Positions 47,186-56,951 of a DNA stretch of 64,000 nt are shown one piece after another. Within the stretch, counting starts at the first letter, position 1. Each line of letters opens with the position of its first letter. Source of the stretch: Candidatus Sungiibacteriota bacterium (GTDB lineage: Bacteria; Patescibacteriota; Minisyncoccia; Sungbacterales; HO2-52-23); assembly GCA_016432465.1 (NCBI GenBank), contig CP066690.1:850724-914723 (forward strand), written 5' to 3'. A program made the translations under genes and the position numbers. The notes beneath the pieces are model-generated. The model had not been told where the DNA came from. It saw only the letters and a program-made list of their open reading frames with translations, and did not search any database.

Positions 47186-48274
47186 TTATGTGTATTTTGA
47201 AATGTTAAGTAATATGCCGACGCTCGCTAAAGTGATTGCCAGCGACGTGCCCCCGTAGCTTAGAAAAGGCAACGGAATACCAGTAAGGGGCAGGAGTCCT
47301 GATATAGCAGCCATGTTTATAAATGCTTGCACCATTATGCCGATGGAAAGTCCCGCCGCCAGAAGTTTGCCAAAAATATCGGGGGCACGTTTGGCAATCA
47401 AAAGCCCGCGCCAGAGAAATAAAGTAAGTAAAGCAATCAATAGCACCGAACCTAAAAAACCCATTTCTTCCGCAAAAATTGCAAAGACCGAATCGCCGAT
47501 GGGTTCCGGAAGGTAATTATATTTTTGCAGCCCCTTTCCAAATCCCAAGCCCCAAAAACCCCCGGAACCTATAGCAATCAAGGCCTGATTTATTTGGTAG
47601 CCGATTCCTTTAGGATCTAGCCCCGGATTTAAAAATACCAAAATTCGCGCCATTCGATAAGGCGTGAGTTGCACAAGCAGGTAAAACAGTATCAATCCAA
47701 ACACGGAGAGGCTGGCGATCTGTGCGGATCTTCCTCCCCCGAGAAAGTATAAGATAAAAGCAGTGGCAACAATGACGCCCAGCGTGCCAATGTCAGGTTG
47801 CATCACCAAAAAAACTCCGACAATCGCTAACATCAAAGCAAAAGGTATGAGGCCGTAAGATACGCTTTTAAGCTCATCACGACGCGCATCTAACCAGCTG
47901 GCTAGATAAACAATAAAAGCCAATTTCAAAATTTCCGAGGGCTGGAAACTTAGAAATCCTACCATGAGCCATCTCCGTGCTCCTCCGGAGGAATAGGACA
48001 GCTCCGGCATAAAAAGAAGCGCAAGAAGCAGGAAAGAGACAGTCATTAAAGGCAGAGCCAGTTTTTTCCATGTCCGGTAAGGCAGATGGGAGAAAACCAA
48101 GAGGGCAAGAGTCCCTACCCCCGCGCCATATAAGAGCTGACGCAGGGTATAATAACTGGCGGTTCCGAAATTTTTCTGCGAGATTACCATGGAAGCCGAA
48201 GCCAGCACTAAAAGACCGCCTGTCAAAAGAGCAATTGTTGTATAAAATAATGGTTTATCGGCGCTTCCCGTCAT
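47186..48274 (-). CDS. ftsW: SEDS family peptidoglycan glycosyltransferase (FtsW/RodA)
   Basis: 10-TM SEDS topology and motifs. Confidence 0.85.
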   Translation of the reverse strand: MTGSADKPLFYTTIALLTGGLLVLASASMVISQKNFGTASYYTLRQLLYGAGVGTLALLVFSHLPYRTWKKLALPLMTVSFLLLALLFMPELSYSSGGARRWLMVGFLSFQPSEILKLAFIVYLASWLDARRDELKSVSYGLIPFALMLAIVGVFLVMQPDIGTLGVIVATAFILYFLGGGRSAQIASLSVFGLILFYLLVQLTPYRMARILVFLNPGLDPKGIGYQINQALIAIGSGGFWGLGFGKGLQKYNYLPEPIGDSVFAIFAEEMGFLGSVLLIALLTLFLWRGLLIAKRAPDIFGKLLAAGLSIGIMVQAFINMAAISGLLPLTGIPLPFLSYGGTSLAITLASVGILLNISKYT

Positions 48275-49584
48275 GTTTTAATTTTTGTACTTCTTTTACA
48301 AATTGATCGCCTCTGTCAAACTCATTTAAAAATAAGCCAAAACTCGCCGCCCCGGGACTTAAAACAATATAATCTCCGTATTGAGCCAGCCGGTAAGCTT
48401 TTCTTACCGCATCCGACATAGACTTTGCCTCCATCGGGGTTAAACCTTGGTGCCAAGTTTTGACCTTGATAAGTTGAACGATTTTATCTGTTGCCGTACC
48501 CGGCAGAAAAATGACTATATCCGCGTTCTTTTTGATCATTGCCGCCAATCCATGAAAATCAAGTTTTTTATCTGATCCGCCGGCAATGAGAATAAGTTTA
48601 CGTGGCCTTGGGGCGCGCATGCGGAACCGTTTAATAGCCGCCATGGCTGCTTCGGGTATGGTGGACGTGGTGTCGTTTATAAAATTTATGCCCTTGACCC
48701 TGCCTATATGCTTTTGTCTTCCCGGAAGCCCGCGGAAAGAGCGTAAAATCTTTTCAATTCTGCTTGGACTTATTTTAAAATGTCTAGCTACGGCAATTGC
48801 CAGAGCCGTTGACTCTCTAAATTGACTGCCGAGTTTTTTATCAACAATAAGGCGAAGGTGTTTTGGGAGTCTCGGGAATACAACATGCGAATGAGCGCTT
48901 TTTGCGAGTCCCCGTACTATTTTGTCTTTCGTATTGGCAAAGAGGTAATCTTTTTTGCCCTGAAATTTAAAGATTATACTTTTGGATTGTAAATAATCCC
49001 TGAAGCCCCTATGCCAGTTGAGGTGGTCTCGGAAGATGTTAGTGAGAACAGCAATGTGTGGACTCTTTTTTTGCCGGGCCAAGTCCTTTAGCTGAAAACT
49101 TGAGAGTTCAAGAACTACCAGATCGTTCCTTTTTAAATGCGGCAAAAAATCCAGTACCGACTTTCTGATATTGCCGCCAAGGTAAACACGCGCAAACCCC
49201 GTTTTTAAGAATTTCCAGATAAGATGGGCCGTGGTTGATTTTCCGCGGGTTCCGGTAATGCCAATGATTTTCGCCGGACAGGCGCCAAAGAAAAGTCCCA
49301 TATCACTTGTTATGGGTATGCGGTGCTTCTTGGCCAGTTTTAGGTACGGAGAATTGGGCTGTACCCCGGGGTTTTTAACTATTAAATCGTGGCCTATAAA
49401 ATCTTTTTTCCGATGTTTCCCCAATATATAACGGACGTTTTTAAGTCCACGGAGTTTATCCAAGGCCGGGGTTAGGATCCGGCGCGGCCTAAGATCGGTT
49501 ACTGTAACTTGTGCTCCGGCCCGAGCCAAAAACTTAACCGTTCCCACTCCCCCGTCATGCAGGCCCAAACCCATTACCAGCACT
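48255..49584 (-). CDS. murD: UDP-N-acetylmuramoylalanine--D-glutamate ligase. The start is GTG at 49584 or ATG at 49575, directly abutting MITE copy 5
   Basis: GLGLHDGGVGTVKFLARAGAQVTVTD and GITGTRGKSTT. The track ORF extends through the MITE, and that 5' extension is MITE-encoded. Confidence 0.85.
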
Positions 49585-49587
49585 CTT

Positions 49588-49717
49588 TTATCCCCCCACC
49601 TTCCCAGAATACCCGCAGCTTGGGAAGTCAGACTTCCCTTGCTGCGGGGATGAATGGGTGTCGTAGAAATCCTTCCCGCGGGGTCCAATACCCCGCTGGG
49701 AAGGTGGGGGGATTTAT
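49588..49717. mobile_element. MITE-like element, copy 5 (with the internal hairpin module)
   Basis: TIRs ATCCCCCCACCTTCCCAG ... CTGGGAAGGTGGGGGGAT. Confidence 0.8.
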
Positions 49718-49750
49718 TTTTAAAGTTCGTAAATTTTGACTCTGACATTT

Positions 49751-51328
49751 TTATGTTTTTCTTAAAACTCTGCCCGCTCGTGCGTCCATAAATCTGCCTT
49801 CTTCAACCGCAACCTCACCGTTTATTATAACCCACTCTATTCCGGCAGGATACCGATAGGGGTTGCGGTAGCTTGCTCTATCTTTAAGCAGTTTTGGGTC
49901 AAATACGACAATATCGGCAAAGTTCCCGCTTTTTATCAGGCCGCGCTGTTTAATACCCATTTTTTTTGCCGGTCCGTAGGTAATTTTTTGTATGGCCTCT
50001 TCCGGTGATAGGACGGTCAGTTCTTTTACGAAGCGATGCCAAAAGTGCGGGAAGGCCCCAAAGGATCTTGGGTGGATAAGGTTGCCGGACTTATACTCCT
50101 CCTGTTTGTAGCCAACGCCGTCGCTGGCGATAAAAGAACTTTTGTCCCGCACTTCCAGTTCAGTATTTCTTTGAGAGACAGTCCGGCCGACAATACCAAC
50201 GCGTCCGTCGTTGGCCAGCAATATATTCAATAAAGTATCTTCCGTAGATGTTCCGCCCTCCTCTGCCAGCTCCGCCAGAGTATGTCCCACCGCGGTTTTA
50301 GTGCGGGCAGAAGTTATAAGAATTTTATCATAGTGAAGCGTGTGGGTTTTTAATTCTTCTATAATACGTCTTTTGATGATCGGGTCCTTGATTCTTTCAA
50401 AAAGCTTAGTGAATCCTCCGTCGCGCGTCCAGGGCGGAAGCAAAAGATAGAGCGGAGAACCGGTAGTGGGGTAAGGTGAGACGTCAAAATTTATGTCTAC
50501 TCCTGTTGCGCGGGCTTTTTCTATGAGTTCCAGCGTTTTTGGTAGAAAGGGCCACGATTTTTTACCGATGGCTTTCAGATGGCTTATTTGAACGGAGACC
50601 CCTGCTTCGCGGCCTATGCGTATGGCCTCATTAACGCTCGCCAGAATTTCTTTTCCCTCGGATCTCAAATGAATTTTTATCAGGCCGTTCTCTTGCGCAA
50701 CTATCCGTGCTATGTCAACTATCTCCTCGGTTGTAGATAGCCGCTCGTGTCCGTAGGCGAGGCCCAAGGACAGTCCAAAAGCCCCCTCCTTTATCCCCTC
50801 ACGCAAAAGATGCTGTTTTAGTTTTTCGCGTTCTTCAAGATTTAATAAGCGCATCTCATCCCCCAACACGCCACGTCTTAACGTGCCATAGCCAATTAAT
50901 GTTCCGAAGTTAATCCCCGGATGTAATTTATTCACAGTTGAAAGAAATTCGTCCATGGTGGCCCAATCAACGCTTACTTCGGAAAGATCGGCCCATTTTT
51001 TAATGGCGTCTACAGCCGCTGGTGTTCCAAGCGGAGCAAGAGAAGTGCCGCAATTACCGCCAATGATTGTGGTTATCCCCTGCATTACCAGCGATTCCAG
51101 CAGCGGATATTTAAAAAGAGTGAGGCGGGTATCGGAATGATTGGTAATATCAATAAATCCCGGCGTTACGTATTTTCCGGAAGCGTCAATGATTGTCGTT
51201 GCATTTACGCCTCCCAGCGACCCCATTTCTTCAATGGTATCTCCGTTTATGGCTAAGTCAGTCACAAGAGGCATGTTGCCAGAACCGTCAATTATCGTGC
51301 CGGATTTGATGAGAATATCATAGGCCAT
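49751..51328 (-). CDS. N-acyl-D-amino-acid deacylase / D-aminoacylase-like amidohydrolase
   Basis: MAYDILIKSGTIIDGSG and the amidohydrolase fold. The start is uncertain; the track starts at 51409. Confidence 0.65.
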   Translation of the reverse strand: MAYDILIKSGTIIDGSGNMPLVTDLAINGDTIEEMGSLGGVNATTIIDASGKYVTPGFIDITNHSDTRLTLFKYPLLESLVMQGITTIIGGNCGTSLAPLGTPAAVDAIKKWADLSEVSVDWATMDEFLSTVNKLHPGINFGTLIGYGTLRRGVLGDEMRLLNLEEREKLKQHLLREGIKEGAFGLSLGLAYGHERLSTTEEIVDIARIVAQENGLIKIHLRSEGKEILASVNEAIRIGREAGVSVQISHLKAIGKKSWPFLPKTLELIEKARATGVDINFDVSPYPTTGSPLYLLLPPWTRDGGFTKLFERIKDPIIKRRIIEELKTHTLHYDKILITSARTKTAVGHTLAELAEEGGTSTEDTLLNILLANDGRVGIVGRTVSQRNTELEVRDKSSFIASDGVGYKQEEYKSGNLIHPRSFGAFPHFWHRFVKELTVLSPEEAIQKITYGPAKKMGIKQRGLIKSGNFADIVVFDPKLLKDRASYRNPYRYPAGIEWVIINGEVAVEEGRFMDARAGRVLRKT

Positions 51329-51549
51329 GATTTTATTGTACGAAGAAAATCGGCTTGAAGCAAAGCCGAGTTTGACTCGGGAAGACCGAGTTTGACTCGG
51401 CAAAATCAAAATCCACCGAGTGATACTCGCTGGATTTTGGTTTTCCCTCCTTAAGTGGGACGGGGAGGAGAGAGTTTCTCAACTTGGCACTGCGACAAGT
51501 CGCAGTTACCAAGCTCCCGTCCCGCTTAAAAAGGGAACCAGCTGATTCT

Positions 51550-51572
51550 TGTCAAACATTCGATGTTTGACA
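51550..51572. promoter_or_regulatory. Perfect palindrome TGTCAAACAT-TCG-ATGTTTGACA, carrying TTGACA on both strands; a putative operator
   Basis: 10-bp arms. It sits in the promoter region of the aminoacylase gene at the edge of the 69-bp direct repeat. Confidence 0.4.
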
Positions 51573-51574
51573 TT

Positions 51575-51643
51575 TTTCAGTTTAAGAACCTGGAAGTTTC
51601 CCTCCACCCAATTTTCCAAAATAATTTTGAAAAACTTGGTGGA
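51575..51643. repeat. ~69-bp direct repeat, copy 1 (TTTCAGTTTAAGAACCTGGAAGTTTCCCTCCACCCAATTTTCCAAAATAATTTTGAAAAACTTGGTGGA)
   Basis: Recurs at 52904-52972 with 1-2 mismatches. Confidence 0.85.
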
Positions 51644-51992
51644 AGGGGGGTTAAATGTTGCCATTTAATCCTCCCCTGGTGGGCTGAGGGCCTTTACGGG
51701 AAGGCCCAGTATAGGAGGGCAGACAGCAGAAAAAAAACCGTAATGGCGGTCGCCATAAGAATGATGGCAGCCAACGATGACCTCCAATTCTTCATAATAG
51801 ACTCCCCCTTTTTTGTTTTTCTGCGCCGACCCATTCGACGCAGCATTTGAACCATAAATATTTCTAATCCAAAGGCTGCGTCGCAATATGCTAAAGAACT
51901 TTGAGGCTATTCCTCAACCAAGTTTTCTAAAAGTGTTTCTAAAAAACTTAGGTGAGGGGTGGTCTGGTAGTGGCCAGACCACCCACGATGGT

Positions 51993-52379
51993 TTAGTCGC
52001 CGCGCTTGCAGCCATTTCTGGCTGCCTCGCGATCCAAGATGAGGATCCAGTTGGAGGAGTTTGTACTTCTCCGGTAGACCCGGAGATAGGCCCCGGTTCC
52101 TTCCATTCTGAATTCTCTGGTAAGGGTCTGGGCGCTGAATGGTCCCAGACCGGCGACGAAAACCGCGTCCTTGTCGAGAGCCGCCACCGACAAATCCCCA
52201 TTGGGGCCGGTGGCCAGCATAGCGTTTGCGACCGCAAGCTCGTCCTGAACCTCAACGAGCTTTTTCTCGGTCGTCACCTGCTTGCTGTGCTGGGCTGTCC
52301 AGCCCAACGAGAGCACGATGCCGGCGATGATCAGGACGACGATAATCAGCGATAGCCATGAGTTTATCTTGTTGCTCAT
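51993..52379 (-). CDS. Hypothetical membrane-anchored protein (GC-rich island)
   Basis: N-terminal TM helix and high-GC codon usage. The terminator GGTGGTCTGG-TAGT-GGCCAGACCACC follows the stop. Confidence 0.45.
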   Translation of the reverse strand: MSNKINSWLSLIIVVLIIAGIVLSLGWTAQHSKQVTTEKKLVEVQDELAVANAMLATGPNGDLSVAALDKDAVFVAGLGPFSAQTLTREFRMEGTGAYLRVYRRSTNSSNWILILDREAARNGCKRGD

Positions 52380-52477
52380 GCCCTTTCTCCTTCTTTTCTG
52401 CCACCGTTAAGGGTGGCGTTTCGGTTTTTTGCACCCTAGCCAAGAATTTGGCTCGGGCGCATCAGCAAATCACTTGC

Positions 52478-52852
52478 TTACTCGCCCGGATCTTCCTCGT
52501 CTTCAACCAGTTCGGGGTATCCTCCCCGGTCAAAACGCGGGACGAATTCCTCCCAGATCGTAGGGAGGACCAAACACACCATGTCTGGGTCAACCGTGAA
52601 GTTGACCCCTATGATCTCTGAAATCCGCTCCGCGAGCAGCCTGCGGTCCGCCGCAGTGCCTCCCTTTATGAAAAAATGTTTATCGCCAACCGTTGTCTGG
52701 TGCCCCGGCACCAGACCGGCGATGGACCGCGCTAGCGGACAGTCCGCGATTTTCCCGCGGATGCCTCGCGGAAGTGCGTCCAGCTCCGGATGTCCAAAGG
52801 CAGCCCGGAGCTTATTTACCAGCTCCAGCACCGGACGGAGATCCGTTTTCAT
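52478..52852 (-). CDS. Hypothetical protein (GC-rich island)
   Basis: GGGGGGAG before the ATG. The palindrome CTATAGAGGTC-CG-GACCTCTATAG lies immediately upstream. Confidence 0.4.
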   Translation of the reverse strand: MKTDLRPVLELVNKLRAAFGHPELDALPRGIRGKIADCPLARSIAGLVPGHQTTVGDKHFFIKGGTAADRRLLAERISEIIGVNFTVDPDMVCLVLPTIWEEFVPRFDRGGYPELVEDEEDPGE

Positions 52853-52903
52853 GGTTTATTCTCCCCCCTTTACTATAGAGGTCGGACCTCTATAGTAAGT
52901 ATC

Positions 52904-52972
52904 TTTCAGTTTAAGAACTTGGAAGTTTCCCTCCACCCAATTTTCCAAAATAATTTTGAAAAACTTGGTGGA
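52904..52972. repeat. ~69-bp direct repeat, copy 2
   Basis: See 51575-51643. Confidence 0.85.
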
Positions 52973-53007
52973 GGGGCTGATCCGGCAAAGGCCGGACCAG
53001 CCACCTG

Positions 53008-53826
53008 TTACTTCTTGGAGGCCCCTTCCCGAGCCTCCATCGCGTGGATCAGCCCCAGGATCGTGTTGATCTTGACCGCCCAGCCCATGCGCTGGGAGTT
53101 CATGATCGTGCCCTGGGCCAGGCCCACCAGCTCAAACTGCCCGTCGCGCAGGGCCACCACCGGCGTCCCGCTGTCCCCCGGGTTCAGCCCGTTGGAGACC
53201 ATGAAGATGCTCCCCAGGCGCGCGATCGTGCCCAGCATCCCGGGCGGCCGGAGGTTCGACACGATCCCCTCGCGCACGTTGATCCCGGAGTTCATCGGGT
53301 TGCCGATCACGTACACGAAGTTCCCCAGCCGCAGGTCATCGCTGTTGCCGATCCGGTACGGGAAGGACGGCAGCCTGACGCGGTCCGGCACCCGGAAGAT
53401 CAGCACGTCCTCCCCCTCATCCACCAGCGCCCGCTCCAGCGGGACCTCTTTTCCATTCCACTGGAGCGTCGTGAGCTCAGCAACTTTCGTTGCCGGCTCA
53501 ACCAGGGTCCCAAAGGGGGTGCGGTGCTCGATCTGCTTGATGGAGGCCACGTGGTTCAGGGTTAGGATGTACTTGCCGAGCAGCACGACCCCCGTCCCCT
53601 CCATGTCCCGCTGGAGCAGCCCGCCATCCTCCCGCCGGAACTCGGCCACGGTCCGGATGGCGACCATCGACTCGACGATCCGCTCAATGGACATCTCCCG
53701 GCGGTCCAGCAGCACGTTGTTGTAGTCGTACGTGCTGGACCGTAGGGCGTTTCCGGCAGGCAGGGTTGCGCACCCTGCCACGCCGACTAAAACGGCGATG
53801 AGCAGTGCGATCCGCCTACCTACCAT
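53008..53826 (-). CDS. Secreted trypsin-like serine protease (S1 family, HtrA-like catalytic domain without PDZ); a lipoprotein
   Basis: Lipobox LVGVAGC. The catalytic triad context is TLNHV (His), DVLIF (Asp) and GDSGTPV (Ser). AAGGAGG before the ATG. Confidence 0.75.
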   Translation of the reverse strand: MVGRRIALLIAVLVGVAGCATLPAGNALRSSTYDYNNVLLDRREMSIERIVESMVAIRTVAEFRREDGGLLQRDMEGTGVVLLGKYILTLNHVASIKQIEHRTPFGTLVEPATKVAELTTLQWNGKEVPLERALVDEGEDVLIFRVPDRVRLPSFPYRIGNSDDLRLGNFVYVIGNPMNSGINVREGIVSNLRPPGMLGTIARLGSIFMVSNGLNPGDSGTPVVALRDGQFELVGLAQGTIMNSQRMGWAVKINTILGLIHAMEAREGASKK

Positions 53827-54671
53827 GACACGCCTCCTTGCTCCCTCGGGAGCTCTTATGCAGGCACTATGCCTGCCTGAAAAGATCTTTTTGAGGATCT
53901 TTTTTATTCCTCAACTGAAACCCGAACATTATTATAATGACTCCAGAGTTCGGAACTCAATTGAGGAACAGTCACGTATCCCGTATTAAGGGGCAGTGAC
54001 TGCCGCCACAATGAAAATGGTTACGATAACTGCGGCAAGAAGTTCCATAGTTTTAAGTTTTAAATTATTAAATCGACCTTTTATTATTTTTGAGAGAAGG
54101 ATGAAGAAGAGTTTTGAAGTATTGACGGTTTGACGGAACTGACGCCTCTAAAGTTAGTAGGCAAGTTTTATTTTTCCGTACCGCCCCCTCCTAGTCTGCA
54201 AATATAGTTTGTGACCAGACAGAGGATTGATCTTTACAAAAGTTTGTTATATGATTGCACTTGGAAAGTGAAATTATATTAAGCGTAAAGATTACTCCTG
54301 TAGTCCAGCCACGATATTTGCACCCTCCTCCTCATCCTTCTCTCTCCGATGTCATCTCCATCCTCCGTAGCTGTAACGACAGCTACTGCGGAGGACGGGC
54401 GCCAAAGCTTTAGGCGTAGGCGGATCCTCCTGACATCGGGAAGAGGAACGAAAACAGGCTCTCGGAGAGAGCCTGTTTTCGTCAAGTTTAATCTTTAAAT
54501 TTACGGCTTTTAACCACTGCCGTTTGTGGCTCTCTCCTTAATTAATGTTTTTAAAAGTCCGTTACCTTATCAGTATAGCATATTATTTAAACTTTGTCAA
54601 TAGCAAAAAGGTTAAAAAATAAAAAGTGGCCATCATAAGCCATTTTTCATTCCTACCTTAACTAAAATTTA

Positions 54672-54711
54672 CTTTGTACACTTAAAAACGATCGATTTTA
54701 AGTGTACAAAG
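54672..54711. repeat. 36-40 bp palindrome, copy 3 (CTTTGTACACTTAAAAACGATCGATTTTAAGTGTACAAAG)
   Basis: One mismatch between arms. Confidence 0.8.
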
Positions 54712-54724
54712 TTTACTTTATGAC

Positions 54725-54895
54725 AAGAAATGTTCGTGAAAGGACTCCACCTCGCATTTCCCTAGACGGCTTTGCCGCCGGTGGCTAGGCTCTTCGAGCC
54801 GCCATCCCGGCTAATGCCTAGGGAGATCCCGGCCTGAAAGGCCTAGGGACATCCACGGTCTTACGGCCATGGATTCCTGCGACGGCGGGTGAACT
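54725..54895. repeat. GC-rich structured repeat R3, immediately downstream of the palindrome, as at 15064/15104
   Basis: The 3' motif ggattcctgcgacggcgggtgaac matches R1 and R2. Confidence 0.55.
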
Positions 54896-56072
54896 ATCGT
54901 CCGATAAGAGCAATAACCATTCCTACTATTGCGGCCACAACCCCAACAATCCAAAATCTCATAGTCACTTTATAGGGCGGCCAGCCAATTGCCTCAAAAT
55001 GATGATGAATGGGCGCGATTAAAAAGATTTTTTTGCCACGAAATCTTTTGGAGGCGAACTGAAGGACGTCCGAAGCAACCTCGGCCATTAAAATAAATCC
55101 AATAACTGGAAGCACAATTACAGAATCAGTTAGAAACGCAATGACCGTAAGCGCGGTAGTAAGCCCCAGCATTCCCGACTCCCCCATGTAAAAGCGCGCC
55201 GGAGGAATGTTGAACCAAAGAAAAGCAAGAAGCGCGCCCAAAATTACTCCGGAAAAAGCGGCTATATCAATTTGTCCCCTAAAAAATGCAATACCTCCAT
55301 AAGCCGCAAAAATTGAGGCAAATACTCCTCCGGAAAGTCCGTCAATGCCATCCACAATACTTGATGAAAAAAGTAAAATCATTGTTCCGACAAAAAGAGG
55401 GATATACCAGCCGTTAATAAAAAGATCACCCAGTCCGGGAATATAAATAGTCTGCCAGCCGAGTTTATAATGAAACCATAAAGCTCCGGCCAGGGCGATA
55501 AAAAATACAGCCAAAAGCCGATGGCGGAATTTTACCCCTCCACCTTCCTGAGTATTTTGCCGCCACGGTTTAAGGACAGATAGGAGTTTACGAATGAAGG
55601 AGATTTTAGGTTTGGCATCTTCTGAAAAGGTGGGGGGTTTAATCCCACCAGCAACGTAATTTCCCTTTCGGAAAACCTGCAGAAGATCATCAGCCAGCCC
55701 CAGCAGAGAGGAGGCCAGAAGGATAAAAAGCGGAAGCCAGGTCTGGTTTCGGGAAAGAAAATTTACTTTGTCCCAAAAAGGATCGTCGGTAACTTGCGCT
55801 ATAATCCAGAAGAGCAAGGCTACCAGAATAGTGGTCACCCAGATTAGTACTCCGCCCAGTCTCGGCACGCTCGTTTCGCGGTCTTTGTGCAGAGCGGCAA
55901 AAAGCGGAGTTTGGGAGCCGTCCGGCGATAACTCGCGCACATCCTTTCTCCAGAGCTTGTATTTATACATTAAGTTCGTAAGCAGGGGGGTAAGAAAGAT
56001 AGCCAGCACAAAAGAAAGGGCTGAAAGTCCAAAAACTTTAACAACATTGGTTATAGTGTTAATTTCCACCAC
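54894..56072 (-). CDS. mraY: Phospho-N-acetylmuramoyl-pentapeptide transferase
   Basis: Polytopic; the C-terminal region is APIHHHFE. Confidence 0.9.
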   Translation of the reverse strand: MVEINTITNVVKVFGLSALSFVLAIFLTPLLTNLMYKYKLWRKDVRELSPDGSQTPLFAALHKDRETSVPRLGGVLIWVTTILVALLFWIIAQVTDDPFWDKVNFLSRNQTWLPLFILLASSLLGLADDLLQVFRKGNYVAGGIKPPTFSEDAKPKISFIRKLLSVLKPWRQNTQEGGGVKFRHRLLAVFFIALAGALWFHYKLGWQTIYIPGLGDLFINGWYIPLFVGTMILLFSSSIVDGIDGLSGGVFASIFAAYGGIAFFRGQIDIAAFSGVILGALLAFLWFNIPPARFYMGESGMLGLTTALTVIAFLTDSVIVLPVIGFILMAEVASDVLQFASKRFRGKKIFLIAPIHHHFEAIGWPPYKVTMRFWIVGVVAAIVGMVIALIGR

Positions 56073-56951
56073 TTAAAAATTATCTCTTAACCAATTAATA
56101 ATCGCGCGGCCGTCGGAAAATCTATCAGTAGAGCCGAGGATGACTATTACTGCGACTTTGTCTTTTACCCCGCCCTTATCCATAAGAGCGGGGTAAACCG
56201 GATATAGCAAAATAAGCGTGCCGCGGGCCTTATCCGTAAATCCTGTTTTTCCTCCTAAAATCTCCGGAAATTCTTCCAGAAGTTCATTGGTGGTTTTTAT
56301 TTCATATTTATTGAAGGTATCGGAATATACCTCGGCTTCGGTATTTCGGGTCATCTCCCAAAGCGCCGGCTGATTTTGCCAAATATATTCGGCAAGCTTA
56401 GCAAGGTCAAGCGCGGTTGAATAGTGTTCTTCGGTATCAAGGCCGGTAGCATTGCGAAAAGAAGAATCCGACATTCCAATGCGGCGCGCTTCGGTATTTA
56501 TGAGTTCAAGAAACCGCTCTCCTAATTTTTCCGCCATAGCTTCAGCAGCGTCATTGGCCGAACCCATAAGTGCGAAGCGGATGGCATCGTCCCGCAGTAA
56601 AGATTCCCCTACCCCAACCGTACTTATTTTTTCTTCCACGGTTTTTGCTTTTTCGGAAAAAATAATCCAGTCAGCCGGAAGGAGATTTTGGCGCGCAACA
56701 AGGGCCGTGAGCAGTTTGGTTAAACTTGCCGGCGCGAGTTTTTTCCACTCCCGGCGCCTGATCAATATTTTATCTTCCCCGATAAACTTTACGAGATAGG
56801 AATGAGCGCGTATTTCCGGCTCCGGTATATTTATGGATGCCATCTCTTTTATCGGCGGCTGCTGCTTTTCAGTAGATACTAAAACCAGTACACCCATAAA
56901 AAGTATGGCAAGCATCGTAATTAATCTTTTTGGTTCAGGGGCCAGCTTCAT
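56073..56951 (-). CDS. D-alanyl-D-alanine carboxypeptidase (S11, PBP5/DacA-like)
   Basis: SxxK (ASLTK), SxN (SAND) and KTG (KTGFT). Confidence 0.8.
   Translation of the reverse strand: MKLAPEPKRLITMLAILFMGVLVLVSTEKQQPPIKEMASINIPEPEIRAHSYLVKFIGEDKILIRRREWKKLAPASLTKLLTALVARQNLLPADWIIFSEKAKTVEEKISTVGVGESLLRDDAIRFALMGSANDAAEAMAEKLGERFLELINTEARRIGMSDSSFRNATGLDTEEHYSTALDLAKLAEYIWQNQPALWEMTRNTEAEVYSDTFNKYEIKTTNELLEEFPEILGGKTGFTDKARGTLILLYPVYPALMDKGGVKDKVAVIVILGSTDRFSDGRAIINWLRDNF

Noticed and set aside
24976-49717. Possible CRISPR array, suggested by a recurring ~20-bp G/C-rich sequence (CCCCCCACCTTCCCAG)
   Set aside because: The copies are terminal inverted repeats of a 110-160 bp element, irregularly spaced kilobases apart. 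There is no repeat-spacer periodicity and no cas genes other than a lone Cas4-like nuclease far away.
53044-53725. 173-aa and 311-aa plus-strand ORFs (and other long ORFs at 51888-52895) in the GC-rich island
   Set aside because: High GC depletes stop codons. These are antisense to the S1 protease and small-protein genes, which have SD sequences, a lipobox and catalytic-triad motifs.
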